Origin: Eledone cirrhosa
Lineage: Eukaryota
DNA: 64,000 bases
Assembly: GCA_964016885.1 (NCBI GenBank)
Contig: OZ024765.1
Location: 5,766,001-5,830,000, forward strand
Reading direction: 5' to 3'
Shown here: piece by piece, positions 54,201-64,000 of the stretch
How the letters are laid out: every line of letters begins with the position of its first letter
Position numbering within the stretch: position 1 is the stretch's first letter
The notes under the pieces: model-generated
What the model was told of the DNA's origin: nothing
The model's input: the letters and a program-made list of their open reading frames with translations, nothing else
Database searches by the model: none
Position numbers and translations under genes: made by a program

Positions 54201-57200
54201 TAGAGACGGTGGAGAACCTGCTCTGGGTTTCGATTTCAGTCAAAGTCTATAGATAATAATTTCATTTTTTACTTTACTAGAGAAAAATATATAGTACAGA
54301 TTCGGACTGAGATTGAACACCACATCAGTGTCTACATAGTCTCTAACACCTACCAAACAGATACAAGAACATAAGAAAAAATTAATTTTTATAAACCTAC
54401 TTTTAATTTCCAAGCAAAATAGATGTGCTGGCGTTCATGGCTTTCTCATTGTTATTTCTACTATAATCGGGTCAATGTTTACATTTATTCTTCTGGGCTT
54501 TCATAAAATATATTTTCACTTTCTTTCGGGTTCATTAGATCCTACAACCAGATGATCTACAGGGACCTTCTTCATGGTCATAGCTGATTATTAAATATAT
54601 ACGGGAGAGTGTGTGTGTGTGTGTGTGTGTATTAGATCTTGCCGTGATGTACTCAGCAATAATGGTTTTCAATTCCGTCGTCCCTCCATCCTTGGTGTGT
54701 ATATAAATATATATGTGATTTTAACGTACAACGGCGACAATATATAAATTTGTTTTGTTTGATAATAATTAGATAAAGCTAATTCTACAACCCCTGTTAA
54801 ACATTGAAACCACGACTATAAAATATAGCAACAACCACGACATAACAGTCTCTGGTTAAATATGATTTAATGAAATTATTGCTAGAGATTGATCCCTAAT
54901 ATTTTATCTCACTCCTTAACCAGGGAGGAAAGGTCCTCAGACTCGGACAATGTTGATAAGGAGAGCAGAGTGTATCCTTATTTGTCACGTCTTTCCAGTT
55001 GTCACGGTATATAAAAGGCAGTAGTACTAGTCACTCCTGCGAAAGACGTTGTCAGTTAGCCTTCTGTAACGAGAGAAGAAGGTCGTGGCTTTTTTTTCCT
55101 CCCTATCACATAATTCATACATTTGTCATCCTTTAGATATCAATATACAAGAGAAAGAAGAAAATTGAGAACTTCGATCTTTTAAAAGTAACATTTATTA
55201 CATTAGAGCAAAATCTTGCATTAACAATATTTTGTGAGGCTAAAACATGGAATGGACAAAGAGATTATTAGAAGAAGGGCAATTGTCTCTATCTTAAACG
55301 TCAATACATTCTACAGAAAATCGAAATGAGAATAATTACAGAGATACTTTACAAAATGTTTCGCGATATGGTTCAAGTTATTTTGTAGTAATATGCAGCT
55401 ATATTTATACATGTCTCTTATACCCCTCCACGAGGAATTGTGAATATGTATGAATATGATTTTAAAGATGGCTAAACATGTTGAAGAAAAAAAAGGAATT
55501 CAGATGATAGGAATAATAAAACATTCCTTTGCCTAGCTAAATGTCGAGAGGTCTAAAACACTAGTTGAATGATATGTGTGATACGACCTAGAATATTGTT
55601 TTGGGGCATGGTCAGACGACTTCAGAAAATACGGAGAAGCTATTGAAGGAATCCAGAAAAGAACAAAACAGAAAACACCAGAATTATTAAGAAATCTGTC
55701 TTCTGAAGAAAGATGTTAAACTTTAGGGATTGCAAATTTAGAGGAGATAAATCTAAGAGGGTGGGGGGGGGGGACATGATAGAAATATATATTTAAAGGA
55801 CTAATATTTAAATAGTAGTACACTATTCCAATGTAAAGCTCTGAATAACTATATCTTTCGGGGAGATATATCAAACGAGTGACATGATAGAAATATTTAA
55901 AATAATGAAAAGACTACAATATACAGTATTGCAGAAGTAAATGAAAATATAAGAAGACATCACCATTGAACTGCAGATGAAAGTCAGTACTCTTTACATT
56001 TATCCCAGGTATATAGAAAGCTATCCTGATGTCCACTGATTGAAATATAAAACAATAAAGAAACACCACAATCCAGTAAACCTTAGTAATAATCCAATTA
56101 AGCCGCCATTTACAGTAGAAAATAGTAAGAAAAACAAAGTCACACTCAGAAGTTAATGCAGTGAAAACAATAAAAATATTATTAATAAATAATAATAATT
56201 TCATTTCATATTATCATTAAATTGTTTGTCTATTTTTATTGTAAACATAAAATATACTAATATATATATACATTCATACATATACATCGATACATTCTGT
56301 GAGTATGTCTTACTTAGGCAAAAGTCAAGTAATTTGCGGGGAGGAACCAATCCGTTAAATTGATCCCAGTACATGACTGGTACTATAAGTTATATGCTCC
56401 AAAATCATAAAATTATGGGTTAATCTAAACACTGAGAACACAAAGGTGGGGTAAAATTATTTAAAAATTGAGGTTTTAATATTTTATCTTTTATTTACAA
56501 ATTATATGTCTTGGTGTCATATTTAAGGATATAATGTAGTTATTGGTGGAAATAATATAATATGTGATGAAGAGGTGTATATAACTGTGGATATAGAATT
56601 GTTTTAATCATTATTTTTAACGGACGAAAAAACTACATAATGACTTCTAGTCGGAGTTACGGGAAATTACGGCAAAGACCCTCCATGAAGGTTCAAATAT
56701 TACACATTATCTATATATAGGAATCGGGCTAAACAATTTACGGGCACGTCGCTCTAAGTTGGAATATTTTTCACACACACAGACACGGGAGTTAGGTATG
56801 GCATATTTCAAATAAGAGAACATTATTACAGACGGAGTCATTGTAGGTTGAAATCATTGTTAGACCGATCAGAAAGAAAATGGATATTTAATTCATGAAA
56901 AAACCTGAAGTGTGAAAGACAGAGTCGACCCTTTCTAGTAACAACACTAAGAAACCCATGAACGCCACCACGTCCTAAATCTAACTCTGCGATCGTCATA
57001 TCAAATCGAAATACTTCACCAACTGTGGAAGATGAAGGATTGAAGAACTATGATATATAGCGAAGAGGCTTGTCTCCAGAACATTTAGTAAGGTGTAAGC
57101 CAAGGGTTGCCAAATATTTTGGCGTCATTTCCCACATTCACATGAAAAAATGTTCCACCAGCCACCTGTATAGTAAATATTTCAAAGTATACCAAATATG

Positions 57201-60200
57201 TTTCGTAAATGTTTGTTCCTGGTTTAATTTTCCCAATTAGCTTCCTGATTTTTATTCAGGTTCTTTGCATATATTCCTTGAATAGGTTTTCGGGTAGCAT
57301 ACCTTCTTAAATCTCAAAATTCTATATCGGCCACCAAAGTTTCCAATGGCCCTCAATTTTCTGTTCAGCTGCTCATCGCCCACCCAACAGTTGAAACCGC
57401 CCAGTTGAGGAACCCCTGTGGGTAAGCTACCTCGAATGATGCTATATATTAATCGAGAGGAGGAGGTGACTATTATAATTTTTATAAGTAATAATCTTTT
57501 AAAGACAAGAGGAAAAAATTCATCATTAAAATCATAAATATATGTCTACAGAATACAGATTATCAAAATGAAATTAAAAGCAAGTAAATCAGGGGCCACT
57601 AAACTTTACATATTTAGTTTTATTTCTATCGTGAAAAATGTTGATCTTCAGATATTAGATTATGGCGGCTGTAATTGTCTTTGTGTTTACGTGTTTGTTT
57701 GAAATCCTATTTTAATGTTCGTCTCTCTTTAAACATCGTTTATAGTTTGTTAAAATTAATTTTAGATTATTCGTACCTCGTCTGTGTGGTTTATTTTGAT
57801 GTAGCGTCCCTGTCTTGTTTATTTTTGGTTACATTTTAAATGTGAAATACAGGAACATCAGACATTAAAATGAAATGTTACGTAAAACACACACCTTGTG
57901 TTTATTCCAGGTATTTAGATAGATGTCCAGATGTCCACTGACAACAAAATAATACAATCATCCAGTGAAACTTGGTAATAATCCAGGTTCGTTGCAGTCA
58001 CCATTCACAGTAAACAATGGTTAGAAAGAATCAAAAACAAAAACAAAAGACGTATTCAGCAGTTAATGAAGTGAAAACAAAATAAAAACAACTTTACTGA
58101 ATAAAATTCATTTCTTAATTTCAATAAGGTTTTTTGTTCTTTCTTTTATAAAAAAAATAAATTTTAATTAAAATATGTTGAATATAATATGGGACATTAC
58201 TACAAAGTACAGCATTATTAGTTCAAATCTTACTTAATAAAAGAAACAAATACGCAGTTATTAGTATAAAACCTAACGGAAATCGAACCCTAAATCAGGA
58301 TCTCCACCGTCTCTAGTGCTTACCATTAGGCCACAGGGACGGTTACAAAAATTTTTTGAAAATTAGTATTTACTTACCTATACTAGAAAAAACCGGAAGT
58401 GGAGAAAATTGAAAAACTTCTTCTTTTTCTTCCTCTGATTTTTGCCACGAACGATAACTCGTCTCTGACTTAAATCCAAATTTTGGATAAAAAAAAATCA
58501 GAGGAAGAAAAAGAAGATGTTTTTCAATTTTCTCCACTTCCGGTTTTTTCTAGTAATGAAAAAGTAGGTTTATAAATATCAATTTTTAAGTAAGTTTCTG
58601 TAACCGTCCCTTTAGCCTAGTGGTAAGTATAAGAGCCGGTGGAGGTCCAGGTCCGGGGTTCAATCACTGGCAGTGTGTCGTACTATATTTTTTATAGTAT
58701 AAAACAAAAATAAAAAAGTAACTTTATAAATATTAATTTTCACACTGTTTTTATATCTGTCTCCGTTGCCTAATGGTAGGTATTAGAGACGGTGGAGAAC
58801 CTGCTCTGGGTTTCGATTTCAGTCAAAGTCTATAGATAATAATTTCATTTTTTACTTTACTAGAGAAAAATATATAGTACAGATTCGGACTGAGATTGAA
58901 CACCACATCAGTGTCTACATAGTCTCTAACACCTACCAAACAGATACAAGAACATAAGAAAAAATTAATATTTATAAACCTACTTTTAATTTCCAAGCAA
59001 AATAGATGTGCTGGCGTTCATGGCTTTCTCATTGTTATTTCTACTATAATCGGGTCAATGTTTACATTTATTCTTCTGGGGCTTTCATAAAATATATTTT
59101 CACTTTCTTTCGGGTTCATTAGATCCTACAACCAGATGATCTACAGGGACCTTCTTCATGGTCATAGCTGATTATTAAATATATACGGGAGAGTGTGTGT
59201 GTGTGTGTGTGTGTATTAGATCTTGCCGTGATGTACTCAGCAATAATGGTTTTCAATTCCGTCGTCCCTCCATCCTTGGTGTGTATATAAATATATATGT
59301 GATTTTAACGTACAACGGCGACAATATATAAATTTGTTTTGTTTGATAATAATTAGATAAAGCTAATTCTACAACCCCTGTTAAACATTGAAACCACGAC
59401 TATAAAATATAGCAACAACCACGACATAACAGTCTCTGGTTAAATATGATTTAATGAAATTATTGCTAGAGATTGATCCCTAATATTTTATCTCACTCCT
59501 TAACCAGGGAGGAAAGGTCCTCAGACTCGGACAATGTTGATAAGGAGAGCAGAGTGTATCCTTATTTGTCACGTCTTTCCAGTTGTCACGGTATATAAAA
59601 GGCAGTAGTACTAGTCACTCCTGCGAAAGACGTTGTCAGTTAGCCTTCTGTAACGAGAGAAGAAGGTCGTGGCTTTTTTTTCCTCCCTATCACATAATTC
59701 ATACATTTGTCATCCTTTAGATATCAATATACAAGAGAAAGAAGAAAATTGAGAACTTCGATCTTTTAAAAGTAACATTTATTACATTAGAGCAAAATCT
59801 TGCATTAACAATATTTTGTGAGGCTAAAACATGGAATGGACAAAGAGATTATTAGAAGAAGGGCAATTGTCTCTATCTTAAACGTCAATACATTCTACAG
59901 AAAATCGAAATGAGAATAATTACAGAGATACTTTACAAAATGTTTCGCGATATGGTTCAAGTTATTTTGTAGTAATATGCAGCTATATTTATACATGTCT
60001 CTTATACCCCTCCACGAGGAATTGTGAATATGTATGAATATGATTTTAAAGATGGCTAAACATGTTGAAGAAAAAAAAGGAATTCAGATGATAGGAATAA
60101 TAAAACATTCCTTTGCCTAGCTAAATGTCGAGAGGTCTAAAACACTAGTTGAATGATATGTGTGATACGACCTAGAATATTGTTTTGGGGCATGGTCAGA

Positions 60201-62821
60201 CGACTTCAGAAAATACGGAGAAGCTATTGAAGGAATCCAGAAAAGAACAAAACAGAAAACACCAGAATTATTAAGAAATCTGTCTTCTGAAGAAAGATGT
60301 TAAACTTTAGGGATTGCAAATTTAGAGGAGATAAATCTAAGAGGGTGGGGGGGGGGGGACATGATAGAAATATATATTTAAAGGACTAATATTTAAATAG
60401 TAGTACACTATTCCAATGTAAAGCTCTGAATAACTATATCTTTCGGGGAGATATATCAAACGAGTGACATGATAGAAATATTTAAAATAATGAAAAGACT
60501 ACAATATACAGTATTGCAGAAGTAAATGAAAATATAAGAAGACATCACCATTGAACTGCAGATGAAAGTCAGTACTCTTTACATTTATCCCAGGTATATA
60601 GAAAGCTATCCTGATGTCCACTGATTGAAATATAAAACAATAAAGAAACACCACAATCCAGTAAACCTTAGTAATAATCCAATTAAGCCGCCATTTACAG
60701 TAGAAAATAGTAAGAAAAACAAAGTCACACTCAGAAGTTAATGCAGTGAAAACAATAAAAATATTATTAATAAATAATAATAATTTCATTTCATATTATC
60801 ATTAAATTGTTTGTCTATTTTTATTGTAAACATAAAATATACTAATATATATATACATTCATACATATACATCGATACATTCTGTGAGTATGTCTTACTT
60901 AGGCAAAAGTCAAGTAATTTGCGGGGAGGAACCAATCCGTTAAATTGATCCCAGTACATGACTGGTACTATAAGTTATATGCTCCAAAATCATAAAATTA
61001 TGGGTTAATCTAAACACTGAGAACACAAAGGTGGGGTAAAATTATTTAAAAATTGAGGTTTTAATATTTTATCTTTTATTTACAAATTATATGTCTTGGT
61101 GTCATATTTAAGGATATAATGTAGTTATTGGTGGAAATAATATAATATGTGATGAAGAGGTGTATATAACTGTGGATATAGAATTGTTTTAATCATTATT
61201 TTTAACGGACGAAAAAACTACATAATGACTTCTAGTCGGAGTTACGGGAAATTACGGCAAAGACCCTCCATGAAGGTTCAAATATTACACATTATCTATA
61301 TATAGGAATCGGGCTAAACAATTTACGGGCACGTCGCTCTAAGTTGGAATATTTTTCACACACACAGACACGGGAGTTAGGTATGGCATATTTCAAATAA
61401 GAGAACATTATTACAGACGGAGTCATTGTAGGTTGAAATCATTGTTAGACCGATCAGAAAGAAAATGGATATTTAATTCATGAAAAAACCTGAAGTGTGA
61501 AAGACAGAGTCGACCCTTTCTAGTAACAACACTAAGAAACCCATGAACGCCACCACGTCCTAAATCTAACTCTGCGATCGTCATATCAAATCGAAATACT
61601 TCACCAACTGTGGAAGATGAAGGATTGAAGAACTATGATATATAGCGAAGAGGCTTGTCTCCAGAACATTTAGTAAGGTGTAAGCCAAGGGTTGCCAAAT
61701 ATTTTGGCGTCATTTCCCACATTCACATGAAAAAATGTTCCACCAGCCACCTGTATAGTAAATATTTCAAAGTATACCAAATATGTTTCGTAAATGTTTG
61801 TTCCTGGTTTAATTTTCCCAATTAGCTTCCTGATTTTTATTCAGGTTCTTTGCATATATTCCTTGAATAGGTTTTCGGGTAGCATACCTTCTTAAATCTC
61901 AAAATTCTATATCGGCCACCAAAGTTTCCAATGGCCCTCAATTTTCTGTTCAGCTGCTCATCGCCCACCCAACAGTTGAAACCGCCCAGTTGAGGAACCC
62001 CTGTGGGTAAGCTACCTCGAATGATGCTATATATTAATCGAGAGGAGGAGGTGACTATTATAATTTTTATAAGTAATAATCTTTTAAAGACAAGAGGAAA
62101 AAATTCATCATTAAAATCATAAATATATGTCTACAGAATACAGATTATCAAAATGAAATTAAAAGCAAGTAAATCAGGGGCCACTAAACTTTACATATTT
62201 AGTTTTATTTCTATCGTGAAAAATGTTGATCTTCAGATATTAGATTATGGCGGCTGTAATTGTCTTTGTGTTTACGTGTTTGTTTGAAATCCTATTTTAA
62301 TGTTCGTCTCTCTTTAAACATCGTTTATAGTTTGTTAAAATTAATTTTAGATTATTCGTACCTCGTCTGTGTGGTTTATTTTGATGTAGCGTCCCTGTCT
62401 TGTTTATTTTTGGTTACATTTTAAATGTGAAATACAGGAACATCAGACATTAAAATGAAATGTTACGTAAAACACACACCTTGTGTTTATTCCAGGTATT
62501 TAGATAGATGTCCAGATGTCCACTGACAACAAAATAATACAATCATCCAGTGAAACTTGGTAATAATCCAGGTTCGTTGCAGTCACCATTCACAGTAAAC
62601 AATGGTTAGAAAGAATCAAAAACAAAAACAAAAGACGTATTCAGCAGTTAATGAAGTGAAAACAAAATAAAAACAACTTTACTGAATAAAATTCATTTCT
62701 TAATTTCAATAAGGTTTTTTGTGCTTTCTTTTATAAAAAAAAACAAATTTTAATTAAAATATGTTGCATTTTATACATAAATTGTTTATTTTTCATAAAT
62801 GCTTTTTAAAAATTCACGTGT

Positions 62822-62862
62822 TTGTTGTTATTATTATCATCAATATTATTATTATTATTAAT
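62822..62862. repeat. Imperfect (TTA)n trinucleotide tract
   Basis: TTGTTGTTATTATTATCATCAATATTATTATTATTATTAAT between the array end and the LINE. Confidence 0.85.
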
Positions 62863-62892
62863 AAAGGGCAGTGAATTTGCAGTGAATTGGCA

Positions 62893-64000
62893 GTTGCTGC
62901 CCATGTCTCACTACCATGCAACATTGTGCATCTCACACAGGCATCAAACAACCAACCTTTTGTACGCAGGGAGAAACCCTTCTTTGTCACCAGAGGAGGC
63001 AGCTCCCTAAACTTCTTCCAGCCTGTCCTTTTTCTAGATACTATGGCCTCGGAACACCCCCCTCCCATACTAATCTGATCACCTAGGTACTGAAGCTATC
63101 AACCACTTTTATAGAACCTACTTGCCTTTGAAAAATGTGTCTATCAATGCGACTTCTACTGTCAAATTTCCCTGTACATCTACTGCATACGTAGTTTTCC
63201 CTACCTGTTAGTTTGCCTGCTATCCCACTACATCTCGTGTGTACCCAAGATCTGCATTGTGTACATTTTATAGAATGTATGCCAGTTCCTTTTCTGCATA
63301 TCGAACATGGCCATCAGAGTTTTGTCCTTTTTTCTACTTATCAACACTTTTGTTTTAGCTAGGTTCACACTCAGTCCTCTTAATTCCAACTGCTGTTTCC
63401 ATAGCCAGAATTTATTCTCTAACTCCTCTACTGATTCTGCTATAAAAACCAGATTGTCAGTATAGAGAAGTTCCCGTGGGCAGCTAGTCTTAAACTCCTC
63501 TGTTATGGCTTGGAGGACTATAATGAACAAGAGCGGGCTGAGGACCGAACTCTGATGTACTCCTCCTTGTATCTGGAATTCCTCACTAAACTCCATTCCT
63601 ACCCTCACTTTACAGACAGCACCTCTGTACAAAGCTTGCACTGTCCTCACAAGCCATTCCTCATCACCTAGTTTCCTTAGGGATCACCAGATGACAGATT
63701 GGGATACACTATCAAAGGCTTTCTCTAGGTCAACAAAAGCTAAGTATAATGGCTTATTCTTCTCTAAGAACCTCTCTTGTAGTTATCTCACTAAGAAGAG
63801 GGCATCGGTTGTACTTTTCTCAGGCACAAAACCAAACTGCATCTCATCTAGTTTGACTCTATCTCCAATTAGTTGCTCTAATATCCTTTCTGCCACTTTC
63901 ATAACCTGATCCATCAGTTTTATGCCTCTATAATTGATCCTCTCTAGAGCATCCCCTTTACCTTTGTAGCAATTTATGAGAATACTGCTGCACCACTCTT
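62893..64000 (-). mobile_element. Decayed RTE-clade LINE, reverse transcriptase region (pseudogenised, 3'-truncated, continues past window end)
   Basis: Minus strand reads EWCSSILINCYKGKGDALERINYRGIKLM...MQFGFVPEKSTTDALFLVR*LQERFLEKNKPLYLAFVDLEKAFDSV...GVHQSSVLSPLLFIIVL...LLYTDNLVFIAES...NLAKTKVL...GWKKFRELPPLV...MLHGSETWA. These are non-LTR RT motifs, with catalytic YADD degraded to YTDN, in-frame stops and frameshifts. Confidence 0.93.

Noticed and set aside
62822-63909. Plus-strand ORFs 62822-63010, 62887-63078 and 63691-63909
   Set aside because: Antisense shadows of the RTE LINE reading frame and the (TTA)n tract.

Overview
AT-rich eukaryotic DNA, most likely from an octopus or other cephalopod (inferred from recalled SINE and RTE-LINE resemblances, not from a search). 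Positions 1-62766 are a head-to-tail macrosatellite of a ~4.58-kb unit: 13 full periods plus a final 2.0-kb partial period, continuing left of the window. Positions 62893-64000 are a decayed RTE-clade LINE reverse-transcriptase fragment on the minus strand. I see no intact protein-coding gene. The repeated ORF-track entries are antisense or microsatellite artefacts. Each unit contains: (i) four paralogous ~70-90-nt Pol III-type (A-box/B-box, upstream TATA-like motif, oligo-T end) tRNA-like elements arranged <- -> -> <-, with a near-perfect 63-bp-arm palindrome between the first two; (ii) two paralogous ~200-nt terminal-exon-like modules (acceptor to AATAAA); (iii) a TATA-containing cassette with self-complementary ends; (iv) a CR1-type LINE remnant and SINE remnants. 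The most notable observation is that the four tRNA-like paralogs do not keep a cloverleaf but show apparent base-pair covariation for a different two-hairpin fold. This suggests an amplified (at least 52 copies here) family of small structured RNA genes. Expression and novelty cannot be established from the sequence alone.
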